Shown: positions 17,765-27,745, counted from the first letter of the stretch. The stretch is DNA of 33,552 bases from Clostridia bacterium (GCA_045602745.1 JAZSCD010000104.1:1-33552); one strand, 5' to 3'. Made by a program: numbers and translations. Notes: generated by a model not told the origin, from the sequence alone.

Positions 17765-18949
17765 ATGTTTTTAAAAATTTGGTTAAACTATATAATTGGA
17801 TATGTAAATATAAAAGTAGAAAGCTACTTTTTAGAAAGATTTATAAATATATGTATAAGTAAAAAAATATTTTTATGGAATATAAAAAGGGAAAAATCTA
17901 GTTTATTATATGCAAGTATTAGTGTAAAAGATTATAAAAAGCTAAAGGGAATAGCAAAAAAAAGTAAATCAAGAATAAAGATAGAATCAAAAAAAGGCCT
18001 TCCTTTTATAATACATAAATATAGAAAAAGAAAAATATTTTTGTGTTTACTAACAGTATTAATTATAGGATTAATAGTTACATCAAATTTTATATGGAAT
18101 ATAGAAGTACAAGGGAATATAAATATAGCCAAAGAAGAAATAATAGAGGAGCTTAAAGAACAAGGATTAAAGATAGGAGCAAATAAAAGTAGATTAAATA
18201 CAAATTCAGTAATAAACAAAATAAGATTAAGTAGAGATGATATTGCGTGGATGGGAATAAATTTAAAAGGAACAAATGCAATAGTAGAAATAAGAGAAAC
18301 GACTAAGGCTCCAGAAATAATAGATGAGAGTAAAAATTGCAATATTATATCAAATAAAACGGGAATAATAACAAAAATAAATGTACAAAATGGAACAGCT
18401 AATGTAAAAGAAGGAGATATTATAAAAGAAGGGGATATATTAGTTTTAGGCTACCTAGAAGGAAAATATACTGGCATTAGATATGTACATGCAAAAGCAG
18501 ACATACAAGCAAAAGTTTGGTATACAAAAAAAGAAAAATTTTATTTGAATCAGCAAATACAAGTTCCCACAGGAGCTACGGAAGAAAAACATTCATTAAA
18601 TATAAATAATTTTAAAATAAATTTCTATAAAACCCTTTCAAAATTTGAAAATTATGATACAATAAATGAGAATAAAAAATTAGTTTTATTTTCTAATTTT
18701 TATTTACCGATTGAAATAGTAAAAACAACAAATTATGAATACAAAAATCAATATGTAACATATACGGAAGAAGAACTTAAAACAATAGCAATAAAAAAAA
18801 TAAAAGAAGACCTAGAAAATGAAATACAAAACAAAGAAAGTATCGTAAATGAACAAGTAAATGTATACGGAAATAAAGAATACATAGAAGTTGAAGTAAT
18901 ATATGAAGTGCTTGAAAACATCGGTATTAAAAGCCAAATATTATTTTAA
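17765..18949 (+). CDS. yqfD: Stage IV sporulation protein YqfD
   Basis: ERFINIC, KKGLPF, FIWNIEVQGN, WMGINLKGT, GTANVKEGD. Confidence 0.9.
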   Translation: MFLKIWLNYIIGYVNIKVESYFLERFINICISKKIFLWNIKREKSSLLYASISVKDYKKLKGIAKKSKSRIKIESKKGLPFIIHKYRKRKIFLCLLTVLIIGLIVTSNFIWNIEVQGNINIAKEEIIEELKEQGLKIGANKSRLNTNSVINKIRLSRDDIAWMGINLKGTNAIVEIRETTKAPEIIDESKNCNIISNKTGIITKINVQNGTANVKEGDIIKEGDILVLGYLEGKYTGIRYVHAKADIQAKVWYTKKEKFYLNQQIQVPTGATEEKHSLNINNFKINFYKTLSKFENYDTINENKKLVLFSNFYLPIEIVKTTNYEYKNQYVTYTEEELKTIAIKKIKEDLENEIQNKESIVNEQVNVYGNKEYIEVEVIYEVLENIGIKSQILF

Positions 18950-18969
18950 AAGGAATGGGTGATGAACAT

Positions 18970-20170
18970 ATGGAACAAAAGAGCCTAAGGGTTTTAGACA
19001 CAAATAAAACATTTTTCTCAAAAATAACTAGCACTATAACAAAAATGATGATACCAACAAAGGTAAGTATAAATAGCATGATGATTTCAATGAAAAGAAA
19101 TAATTTAATAAAAGTATATTTAAATTATATTTTAGCAGTTGAGGAAAATGATATAGATAAAAAAGAAATGTTACTAAAAAAATATGAAGACAGTTATAGT
19201 TTATATTTAGAAGCAATAGATAAATATATAATAGATTCTGTCTATAAAAAAGTAAAAAATCGGAACCGCAACAGAATTTGAAAAAAATGCATTAAGTAAA
19301 TATTATTTTGTAGTTAGTTTAAAAGAAAAACAATATTTAGAATATAAATATAGAAAACAAGAATACTTATTAAGAGTAGATTACGAATCAATAACTAGTT
19401 TAAAAAAGGAAAGCTTAATAGAAAAATATAATAGATTTTATGTATCTAAAATGGATTCTTTATATAAAGGTATATTAAAAAATTATTCAGTTCAGCTAGC
19501 AGACACTGTTTCTAGCAAAGTAGATTCAATAGATATTGTATACGAAAAAATATTTAGCACATTAGAAAGCTATATTTCAGATATTCTTCCAATAAAATTG
19601 AGAATAAGCAACGAAGAAGAATACAAAAATGTTATAGAAGAATATGAAAGATATGAAAGTATGTTAGTTGGAAAATTAGATCAAAGAGATAAAATAAAAC
19701 AAAAAATGGTACTTTTAGCAATAAGTAGAGAACTATTTACACATAGCTTGCCATTAATTGCAGCAGAACAATGTTATGAAAAACTTATAAGTGATATTAG
19801 AAATTTAATTGTAAAATCTGCAACTAAAGCTAGAAAAGATACTACTTTTAATGTTCTTATAGAATTAATAGAAGAGTATAATATAAAATTATTATCTACA
19901 AAAGTATATTGGGACAAGCCAGAAAAAAGAGAAGAATACAAAAAGTTTTGGAATAAATATAAGGAAATAAATAAAATAGAAAATAAAAAAGAAAAAATAA
20001 AACAAAAACAAATATTATTTTTAAAAAATGATTTAAAGAAATTAGATAAAATAGAAAACAATCTAATAATAAAAGAAATAAAACAAAAGTTAGTGGAACT
20101 TGGAGCAATGAAACAAATTAGAAATTGTTATAAAACAATAGAAGGACACTATATAAAAAGAGGAAAATAA
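18970..20170 (+). CDS. Hypothetical helical protein, about 399 aa (+1 frameshift at CGGA 19261-19264)
   Basis: Skipping C19261 gives KVKN-GTATEFEKNALSKYY..., open for 63 codons into ORF 19451-20170; stops in both frames confine the shift to 19256-19278. Confidence 0.75.
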
Positions 20171-20635
20171 ATGGAAATTGCAGAAATAAATTTTTTAGAT
20201 ATAGAAGAAAATCAAGAATATATCACTATAATAAATAAAGTGTTAGAAAAATGCTTTAAACAAGAAAGCTTAAATAATAAAAATTTATATATTAATGTAC
20301 TACTTACTAGTCCAGAGAATATTAGAAAAAAAAATAAAGAACATATAGATATAGACAAAGAAACAGATGTACTTTCTTTTCCAATGTTTGAAAAAGAAGA
20401 GTTAGAGGGAATAAAAATTTTAAATCAAGATGTTTTAGGAGATATAGTTATATCAATTAGTAAAGTAAAAGAACAAGCAAAAGAGTATGGACATAGTTTT
20501 GAAAGAGAATTAGCATATATGACAGTTCACGGTTTTTATCATTTGATGGGATATGATCACATAAAAGAAAAAGATAAAAAACAAATGAGACAAAAAGAAG
20601 AAAATATATTAGAACAATTACACATACTAAACTAA
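20171..20635 (+). CDS. ybeY: rRNA maturation endoribonuclease YbeY
   Basis: TDVLSFP, LGDIVIS, VHGFYHLMGYDH. Confidence 0.96.
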   Translation: MEIAEINFLDIEENQEYITIINKVLEKCFKQESLNNKNLYINVLLTSPENIRKKNKEHIDIDKETDVLSFPMFEKEELEGIKILNQDVLGDIVISISKVKEQAKEYGHSFERELAYMTVHGFYHLMGYDHIKEKDKKQMRQKEENILEQLHILN

Positions 20636-20653
20636 AGAAGGGATGATATAAAA

Positions 20654-21781
20654 ATGGGAAATAGAAGAAACACTGGAAAAAGGATTAATACTAGTAAAAA
20701 AAACGGGTCTAGATTATTAATTGCAATTTTAGTAGTTTTAATAATAATAGCAATAGTTTTGTTTGCCATAAAAATTTTGGATAAAGAAGAAGTAGAAACA
20801 AATGTAATTAGTGAACAAAAAGAAGAGAAAAAAGAAGAACCAAAAATTCAAATAGTAGATGTAAATTCAAAAACAAGACCTTATGCAGTAATGATAAATA
20901 ATAATCATGATGCATGGCCACAATGTGGACTTAAAGATGCATATTTAGTATACGAAATAATTGCAGAAGGTGGAATTACTAGAATGATGGCATTATACAA
21001 AGATAAATTGCCAGAAAAAATAGGTTCAGTAAGAAGTGCAAGACATTATTTTATAGATTATGCTGATGAGAATGATGCAATATTTATACATTGGGGAGGA
21101 AGCCCACAAGCATATTCTAGAATAAATACAGGAGTAGCTGATTTAGATGGTATGGCACTAGAAGGTTCAGTATTCTTTAGGGACAAAACTTTGAAAAGAG
21201 CTTATGAACATACTGGGTTTGTAGATTTAAAAAAGGCTAATGAATATGCTCAAAATAAAGGTTATACAAGAGAAACAAACGAGGATTTGTTATTAAACTA
21301 TAGTGCAACAGAAATAGATTTAACAAAAAATGCAGAAGCTGAAAGTGCAAATGAAATAACATTAAAATATTCAAATTATCATACAACAAGCTATGAATAT
21401 GACGAAGAAAATAAAGTATATAAAAGATTTATGTCTGGGAAAGCAAATATAGACTTAGAAACAGAAGAACAATATACTGTAAAAAATATAATAGTTTATA
21501 AGGTTAAAAATTATACATTGTATGATGGAGAAAATAAAGATAGACAAGAATTGAATAATATAGGAAGTGGAAATGGTTACTATATTTCTTGCGGTTATGC
21601 AGTACCAATTACATGGGAAAAAACATCACATAGTGGACAAACAATATATAAATATAAAAACGGAGAAGAAATAAAAGTAAATGATGGAAATACATTTATA
21701 CAAATAATGCCAGAGGATGGAAAAATAACAATAGAGCCATTAGAAGAAACAGCAATTAATGCAAATGTAATAGCAGAATAA
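20654..21781 (+). CDS. DUF3048 (YerB-like) membrane-anchored protein
   Basis: RPYAVMINN, PQCGL..A.LVYE..AEGGITR, IGSVRSARHY, HWGGS. Confidence 0.85.
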   Translation: MGNRRNTGKRINTSKKNGSRLLIAILVVLIIIAIVLFAIKILDKEEVETNVISEQKEEKKEEPKIQIVDVNSKTRPYAVMINNNHDAWPQCGLKDAYLVYEIIAEGGITRMMALYKDKLPEKIGSVRSARHYFIDYADENDAIFIHWGGSPQAYSRINTGVADLDGMALEGSVFFRDKTLKRAYEHTGFVDLKKANEYAQNKGYTRETNEDLLLNYSATEIDLTKNAEAESANEITLKYSNYHTTSYEYDEENKVYKRFMSGKANIDLETEEQYTVKNIIVYKVKNYTLYDGENKDRQELNNIGSGNGYYISCGYAVPITWEKTSHSGQTIYKYKNGEEIKVNDGNTFIQIMPEDGKITIEPLEETAINANVIAE

Positions 21782-21806
21782 AATTAGGGGAAACCCTAAT
21801 TTTTTT
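21781..21806 (+). terminator. Rho-independent terminator
   Basis: AAATTAGGG-GAAA-CCCTAATTTTTTT. Confidence 0.8.
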
Positions 21807-22008
21807 GTCAAGATTTTGCTCAGAGCGGAAAATTGTAATTTAAACGAATGGTTCATACTATTTTTTACAAACTAACCTTTTTTTCTTAAACCAAATGTGA
21901 TAAAATGACTTTGTCAAGTGAAAAAGATAAATAAAAAACAATAAAATATTTACTTTTTTCTGCAAAAAAATTAAATGTTTTTGGATATAATAATAAAGAG
22001 AGGTAAAA

Positions 22009-22911
22009 ATGGAAAATTTTAAATCAGGATTTGTATCGATAATAGGAAGAACTAATGTTGGAAAATCAACATTAGTTAATAATTTAGTTGGAGAAAAAGT
22101 TGCTGCGACAGTAGATAAATGTCAAACAACAAGAACTGCAATTAGGGCAATTGTAAATAGAAAAAATTCTCAGATAATTTTTATAGATACTCCAGGAATA
22201 CACAAACCAAAAACAAAACTTGGAGAAATTATGAATGAAACAGCGTGGGGAGTTATTCCAGATTCAGATATAACACTTTTTATTGTAGAAGCAACGTCAA
22301 ATTCAATAGGTAAAGGTGACAAGCTCATACTGGAGAGAATTAAAGAAAAAAATAAAAAAACAATATTGATTATAAATAAAATAGATTTAATAGAAAAAGA
22401 AAAATTATTAAATTTAATAGAATTGTATAACAAAGAATACAAATTTGAAGCAACAATTCCTATATCAGCATCTAAAGGAGAAAATACAAATAAAATATTA
22501 GATGAGATAGAAAAACACCTTTCTGAAGGACCTGCATATTATGATATAGAGGAATATACAGATCAAACAGAAAGACAGTTAATTGAAGAAATAATTAGAG
22601 AGAAAGCATTGAAACTATTAAATGAAGAAGTTCCTCATGGTATATTAGTAGAAGTAGAAAAAATGAATTTAAGACAAACTACAAAAAAAGAAGAAATATA
22701 TGATATAGAAGCAATAATATATGTATTAAGAAATTCTCATAAAGGAATTGTAATAGGAAAAAAAGGGGATATGTTAAAACGAATTGGAACATATGCAAGA
22801 CAAGATATAGAAAGAATGTTTCAAACAAAAGCTAATTTAAAAATATGGGTAAAAGTAAAAGAAAACTGGCAAGAGAACAACAGCATATTAAAAAGATTTA
22901 AAACAGAATAA
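22009..22911 (+). CDS. era: GTPase Era
   Basis: GRTNVGKSTL, QTTR, DTPG, NKID, EEVPH, KH domain VIGKKG. Confidence 0.97.
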   Translation: MENFKSGFVSIIGRTNVGKSTLVNNLVGEKVAATVDKCQTTRTAIRAIVNRKNSQIIFIDTPGIHKPKTKLGEIMNETAWGVIPDSDITLFIVEATSNSIGKGDKLILERIKEKNKKTILIINKIDLIEKEKLLNLIELYNKEYKFEATIPISASKGENTNKILDEIEKHLSEGPAYYDIEEYTDQTERQLIEEIIREKALKLLNEEVPHGILVEVEKMNLRQTTKKEEIYDIEAIIYVLRNSHKGIVIGKKGDMLKRIGTYARQDIERMFQTKANLKIWVKVKENWQENNSILKRFKTE

Positions 22912-23006
22912 ATATGAATAAAAATTACAAAAATTACAAAAGATAAAATTAAAGGTGTAAATAAATGTAAGCAATTTATATGCACATGTATAAGGAGATG
23001 ATGTTT

Positions 23007-23174
23007 ATGCTAAAAGACTTAGCGTGGAATACCTTTAAGAATACAGGAAATATAAATACATTTTTGGAATTAAAACAAGTAACAAATATTGAAGAAAATA
23101 TAAAGGCGGATAGTTATGAAATTACTGAAAGTAAAAGGGATAATAATAGCGGAGAAAATAGTATCAGATTTTGA
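23007..23174 (+). CDS. YqzL family small protein
   Basis: AWNTFKNTGNINTFLELK; lies between era and recO. Confidence 0.75.
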   Translation: MLKDLAWNTFKNTGNINTFLELKQVTNIEENIKADSYEITESKRDNNSGENSIRF

Positions 23175-23833
23175 TAAAATAGTTACAATATTAACACCAA
23201 ATTTGCGGAAAAATTGAGGTAGTAGCTAAAGGTGCAAGAAGACCTAAAAGTCTTCTTATGGCTGCTACTCAATTTTTGTGTTTTGGAGAATATATGCTTT
23301 ATAAAAGTGCGAATACATATAGTATAAATTCTTGCGAAACAATAGAAATTTTTTATGGCATAAGAACAGATTTAGATAAATTAAAATATGCTTCATATAT
23401 TACAAAAATAATTAATGATGTTACAACGGAAAATCAAAATACATATAAAGTTTTACAATTATATTTAAATACCTTATATATGATATCTGAAGCAGATAAA
23501 GAATTAAGTTTAATAAATTCAATATTTGTTTTAAGACTATTATCAATAATAGGCTTTAGACCAATGATAGATGAATGTAAAAGTTGTAAAATTAGAGAAG
23601 AATTAAATTATTTTAGTTTTAAAGAAAGTGGATTAAAGTGCAAAATTTGTGGAAAGCAAGATGAAGGAGCAATAGAAATAAGTGTTACAACAAAAGATGC
23701 AATAAGATATATAATATATTCAGATGCAAAAAAAATATTTGCATTTAAAGTACCTAAAGAAACAATAAAGGAATTAGAAATAATATCAAAGATATATTTA
23801 GAAGATAAATTAGAGAAAGGATACAAAATGTAA
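23116..23833 (+). CDS. recO: DNA repair protein RecO (+1 frameshift at CGGA 23206-23209)
   Basis: MKLLKVKGIII...DKIVTILTPNL; skipping C23206 continues GKIEVVAKGARRPKS...; C-terminal CxxC..CxxC; 238 aa. Confidence 0.93.
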
Positions 23834-23850
23834 TTTATTGTTGTTCGCAA

Positions 23851-23913
23851 AATTCAGGACAGTTCCAAAAATTCTCAATAAATTGATAATTTTTAGGAAC
23901 AGTCCCTAGAATT
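23851..23913 (-). repeat. Dispersed REP-like repeat, copy 3 (inverted, more diverged)
   Basis: Reverse complement reads ATTCTAGGGACTGTTCCT...GGAACTGTCCTGAATT. Confidence 0.7.
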
Positions 23914-24021
23914 TTACTCACATAAATTAAATTTTTAAAAATTATAAACAAATTTTCCCTTGCAAAATTAAAAATCTTAAGCTATAATGAAAAAAACAAA
24001 GAAAGAAAGGGAGAGGTTAAA

Positions 24022-24555
24022 ATGGCAAATATAAAAATAACAGGAAAAGAAGTTAAAGCGACAGAGGCTATAAAAGATTATGTAGAGAAAAAAATGGATA
24101 GAATAGAAAGATATTTTGATGGAGATGTTGAAGTAATAGTTACAATAAAAACAGAAAGAGAAGAGCAAATTGCAGAAATGAGTGTAAAAGTAAAACAAGA
24201 TACATATAGAGCAGTAACATCACATAAAGATATGTATGCATCAATAGACAAAGATATAGATATATTAGAAGGACAAATTAGAAAAGTAAAAACAAGAAAA
24301 GATAAAGCAAACAAAGAAGATTCTATAAAATCATTAGAAGTAAATGTAGGAGAAGAAACAATAATAGAAAATGAAATAATTAAAACTATTTATTACGATA
24401 TAAAACCAATGACACCAGAAGATGCAAAATTAAAATTACAAGAAAAACCACAAGACAGATTTATAACATTTATAAATCAAGAGACAAATAAAGTAAATGT
24501 ACTATTTAAGTTAAAAGATAGTAAAAATTATGGATTATTAGAACCAGAAGCATAA
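24022..24555 (+). CDS. hpf: Ribosome hibernation promoting factor (long HPF/RaiA)
   Basis: TEAIKDYVEKK, DMYASID, LEGQIRK.K, KPMTPEDA, NYGLLEP. Confidence 0.93.
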   Translation: MANIKITGKEVKATEAIKDYVEKKMDRIERYFDGDVEVIVTIKTEREEQIAEMSVKVKQDTYRAVTSHKDMYASIDKDIDILEGQIRKVKTRKDKANKEDSIKSLEVNVGEETIIENEIIKTIYYDIKPMTPEDAKLKLQEKPQDRFITFINQETNKVNVLFKLKDSKNYGLLEPEA

Positions 24556-24567
24556 TTAAATATAAAC

Positions 24568-24605
24568 AAAAAAATCAATCGCAAAAATTTAGCGATTGAT
24601 TTTTT
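24568..24605. terminator. Bidirectional terminator (hpf / ssp)
   Basis: AAAAAAATCAATCGC-AAAAATTTA-GCGATTGATTTTTT. Confidence 0.8.
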
Positions 24606-24616
24606 CTTTAATAAAC

Positions 24617-24745
24617 TTATTTCATATTGTTTTCAGCTTGTTGAATTAATTTTTTTACCATGTTACCACCTATTCTACCAGCGTCTTTAGATGATAAGTC
24701 ACCATTATAACCATTTTTTAAGTTAACACCAACTTCTCTTGCAGT
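24617..24745 (-). pseudogene. 3' half of an alpha/beta-type small acid-soluble spore protein gene; 5' half missing
   Basis: AREVGVNLKNGYNGDLSSKDAGRIGGNMVKKLIQQAENNMK* is the SASP C-terminus; the upstream in-frame sequence is not SASP-like and has no RBS. Confidence 0.85.
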
Positions 24746-24845
24746 CAAAAATATATTTGAAAAATAAATAAAGCAATCGCCTAAAATAATATTGTAAGAA
24801 ACTGGATATTGTGATAGAATATAAATCAATAAAATGGAGGTAATT

Positions 24846-26258
24846 ATGTCTGAAAAAATTCCGAATCAATTATTAGAATTAATTAAAAAAGGAGAAAAAA
24901 TATCAACAGAGTTTAAAGAAGCTAGCATTGGACTTCCAAATGACTTGTTTGAAACTGTATGTGCATTTTTAAATAGAAATGGAGGACATATATTTTTAGG
25001 TGTAGATAATAACGGTGATATAAGAGGTGTTTCAGAAGAGCATATTGAAGGAATGAAAAAAGATTTTGCTAACTTATGTAACAACCCACAGAAAATAAAT
25101 CCTACAGTATATTTAAAAATTAATGAATATGAAAGAGATAATTTGAAAATATTACATATATATGTTCATGAAAGTTCTGATGTGCATAAAACTAAAAATA
25201 AAATTTTTGACAGAAATGAAGACGGAGATTATGACATTACTCAAAATACAACTTTAGTTGCTAATATGTACTTGAGAAAACAAAAGACATATACTGAAAA
25301 TAAAATATACCAATATGTTACTATAAACGATTTAAGAAAAGATTTAATAGAGAGAGCAAGGCAAATGGCTGTAAATAGAGCTGGAAATCATATATGGGAA
25401 ACAATGACAGATATAGAAATGCTAAAAAGTGCATCTTTATATGAAACAAATTATGAGACTGGAGAAGAAGGATTTACACTTGCTGCAATATTGCTATTAG
25501 GAAAAGATGAAGTTATTCAATCTGTTTTGCCACATCATAAGACAGATGCAATATTAAGAGTAGAAAATATAGATAGATACGATGATAGAGATGATATAAG
25601 AACAAATTTAATTGAAAGTTATGATAGATTAGTTGCTTTTATAAGAAAACATCTAAGTGAAAAGTTTTATATAGAAAATGATCAAAGGATAAATGTCAGA
25701 GACAAAATAGCAAGAGAAATTTGTGCTAATATACTTATTCATAGGGAATATTCTAATCCATTTCCTGCAAAATTAATAATAGATAAAAATTATATAAAAA
25801 CTGAAAATGCAAATAAACCTAGAATGATAGGATGCATAAATATTACAGATTATGTTCCATATCCTAAAAACCCTAAAATAGCAAAATTTTTCAAAGAAAT
25901 AGGTTTTGCCGATGAATTAGGGTCAGGAGTAAGAAATGTTACGAAGTATGCTAAAATATATTCAGGTGGAATACCAACATTTAAAGAAGATGACATTTTT
26001 AAAACGGAAATACCTATAGCTAGTTCAAAAAATAAAGTTCCGGCGATAAATACCGGCGATAAACCGGCGATAACTTCTAAAGATAAAATTGTAGGGTATT
26101 TATTAGTTAATGAGTATATTACAACGAATATAGCCACAGATTTATTAGAATTAAGAAGTAAATCATGGGTAAGAAGTATATTAAATAAAATGGTAGAAGA
26201 AGGAATTTTAGATATGGAAGGAACTAATAAAAATAGAAAATACAAATTAAATAAATAA
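24846..26258 (+). CDS. AlbA_2 (Schlafen-like) / HATPase_c_4 / wHTH protein ('RecG-like' putative regulator)
   Basis: GEKISTEFKEA, ETVCAFLNRNGGHIFLGVDNNG, REICANILIHREY, PKNPKIA, DELGSGV, C-terminal HTH; promoter TTGTAA-17-TAGAAT at 24792-24820. Confidence 0.85.
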   Translation: MSEKIPNQLLELIKKGEKISTEFKEASIGLPNDLFETVCAFLNRNGGHIFLGVDNNGDIRGVSEEHIEGMKKDFANLCNNPQKINPTVYLKINEYERDNLKILHIYVHESSDVHKTKNKIFDRNEDGDYDITQNTTLVANMYLRKQKTYTENKIYQYVTINDLRKDLIERARQMAVNRAGNHIWETMTDIEMLKSASLYETNYETGEEGFTLAAILLLGKDEVIQSVLPHHKTDAILRVENIDRYDDRDDIRTNLIESYDRLVAFIRKHLSEKFYIENDQRINVRDKIAREICANILIHREYSNPFPAKLIIDKNYIKTENANKPRMIGCINITDYVPYPKNPKIAKFFKEIGFADELGSGVRNVTKYAKIYSGGIPTFKEDDIFKTEIPIASSKNKVPAINTGDKPAITSKDKIVGYLLVNEYITTNIATDLLELRSKSWVRSILNKMVEEGILDMEGTNKNRKYKLNK

Positions 26259-26356
26259 AAACAACATTCTTGTAAAAAGGATTATAAAAGAATATCAAAG
26301 TGATTTGGTATTCTTTTTGTTTAAAATAAATAAGATACAATAGAAAATTGAAAAAT

Positions 26357-26385
26357 TTGACATTTATAATTTTCTGTGATATATT
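26357..26385 (+). promoter_or_regulatory. SigA-type promoter upstream of the repeat array
   Basis: TTGACA-17 bp-TATATT with extended TG. Confidence 0.6.
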
Positions 26386-26434
26386 AAGGTCAGTTATAAG
26401 AAAAATTGCTTTTCTTGTATAGATAATTATGCCT

Positions 26435-26750
26435 AAAAAGTGTTAGCAAAAAGTTGCAGGATATATATTTTGCAAATCTATCATTGTGTAAAAAGTGTGT
26501 TAGTAAAAAATCCCACTAAAACTCTAAAAGATATTGCAAAATGTAATTTTTGTAAATCTAACACTATGCAAAAAATGTGTTAGCAAAAATTTAACTAAAA
26601 TATAGATAAGTGTTACAAAATTTAGATTTTGTAAATCTATCATTATGTGTAAAAAGTGTTAGTAAAAAGTTAAGTAAAACCTTTGAAAGTGTTGCAAAAT
26701 AAGAGTTTTGCAAATCTAGTTTCATGTTTGAAAAGTGTTTAACAAAAATT
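26435..26750. repeat. Array of about four degenerate 79-80-bp tandem units (iteron-like)
   Basis: TTTTG(C/T)AAATCTA at 26468, 26548, 26627, 26706; each is followed by an AAAA..GTGTTAG(C/T)AAAAA-like motif and is part of a TTG/ACAAAA...TTTTGC/TAA palindrome. Confidence 0.85.
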
Positions 26751-26888
26751 CAACCTAATCAAATAAGTTTATTAGAGAATATGATTAAAAGTCATGTTCT
26801 TTTTTGTTATGAAAAATCTGTTATCGAACAGATAAAAATAAAGGAGGGGATAAATTTGAGTGGATAAGTTACTCAGAGAAAAAATAAG

Positions 26889-27464
26889 ATGGCAGAAAAT
26901 CGAACGTCAGGCGTTTGGTTAGAAAGAAAATTACATATGAAAGAATTTAAAGGCATATGGATGCCAAATGAAGTAGTTAGGGATGAAAAATTAAGTGACA
27001 AAGGAAAAATAGTATATTCAATAATACTTGCTTTAAGTAAAAATAATGATTGTATAATTTCAAATTCGTATATATCAGAATTATTGAATATAACAAAAAC
27101 ACAAGTATCAAGAATAATAAATACACTAAAGAAAGATGGATATATAGAAGTAGAATTAATTCATAAAGAAAATTCAAAAGAAATTGCTATGAGAAAATGT
27201 GTACCTATTAACAAATATGTTAATACCTATAAACAAAAAAGTTCATCATGTATTAACAAAAATGTTAAAGATATAATATATAATAATAAAATAAATTATA
27301 ATAATTGGAGATACAAAAGTGATAGAGATTATAGCGATTTTGATTTTAATAAACTTTATGCAAAAAAATTTTTAAGAAAGACTTGCAATGGATTTGAAAC
27401 AGAGTTAACATCACTCACAATTGGAGGTGATGTAACATGGAAAACGATTGTGAGAATATATTAA
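26889..27464 (+). CDS. Helix-turn-helix replication-initiator-like protein (likely start 26937)
   Basis: FKGIWMP..V.RDEKLS...K, SNSYISELLNITKTQVSRIINTLKKDGYI wHTH, ending RDYSDFDFNKLYA. Confidence 0.7.
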   Translation: MAENRTSGVWLERKLHMKEFKGIWMPNEVVRDEKLSDKGKIVYSIILALSKNNDCIISNSYISELLNITKTQVSRIINTLKKDGYIEVELIHKENSKEIAMRKCVPINKYVNTYKQKSSSCINKNVKDIIYNNKINYNNWRYKSDRDYSDFDFNKLYAKKFLRKTCNGFETELTSLTIGGDVTWKTIVRIY

Positions 27465-27745
27465 AACTAATATATCAAGCAAGAGAAGAAGAGTTGGCAA
27501 GACTAAATGCAGAAGATAAAATTTTTATGGATAAGGATGAAGCTAATAGAAGTAAAAAACATTATTATCTAAAAAATCAAATTAATAAAATACCATTTAG
27601 TCTAAATAATATAAAAGATAATATAACAAAATGTGTTGAAGATTATGTTGAAACAATAGATTGTGAAAATGCATATTTTAATGAAAAGTATTATCTAAAT
27701 GGACTAAAAGATGGAATCAAATTAATGAGCGAAATAAGAAAATAA
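27437..27745 (+). CDS. Hypothetical protein
   Basis: GGAGGTG RBS; C-terminal YYLNGLKDGIKLMSEI typical of small firmicute mobile-element proteins. Confidence 0.7.
   Translation: MENDCENILKLIYQAREEELARLNAEDKIFMDKDEANRSKKHYYLKNQINKIPFSLNNIKDNITKCVEDYVETIDCENAYFNEKYYLNGLKDGIKLMSEIRK

Noticed and set aside
24746-24829. N-terminal part of the 70-aa minus ORF as a true SASP N-terminus
   Set aside because: Not SASP-like, has no RBS and overlaps the divergent promoter; probably fortuitous element sequence.
26435-26750. CRISPR array
   Set aside because: Units are degenerate along their whole length with no unique spacers, and there are no cas genes in the window.
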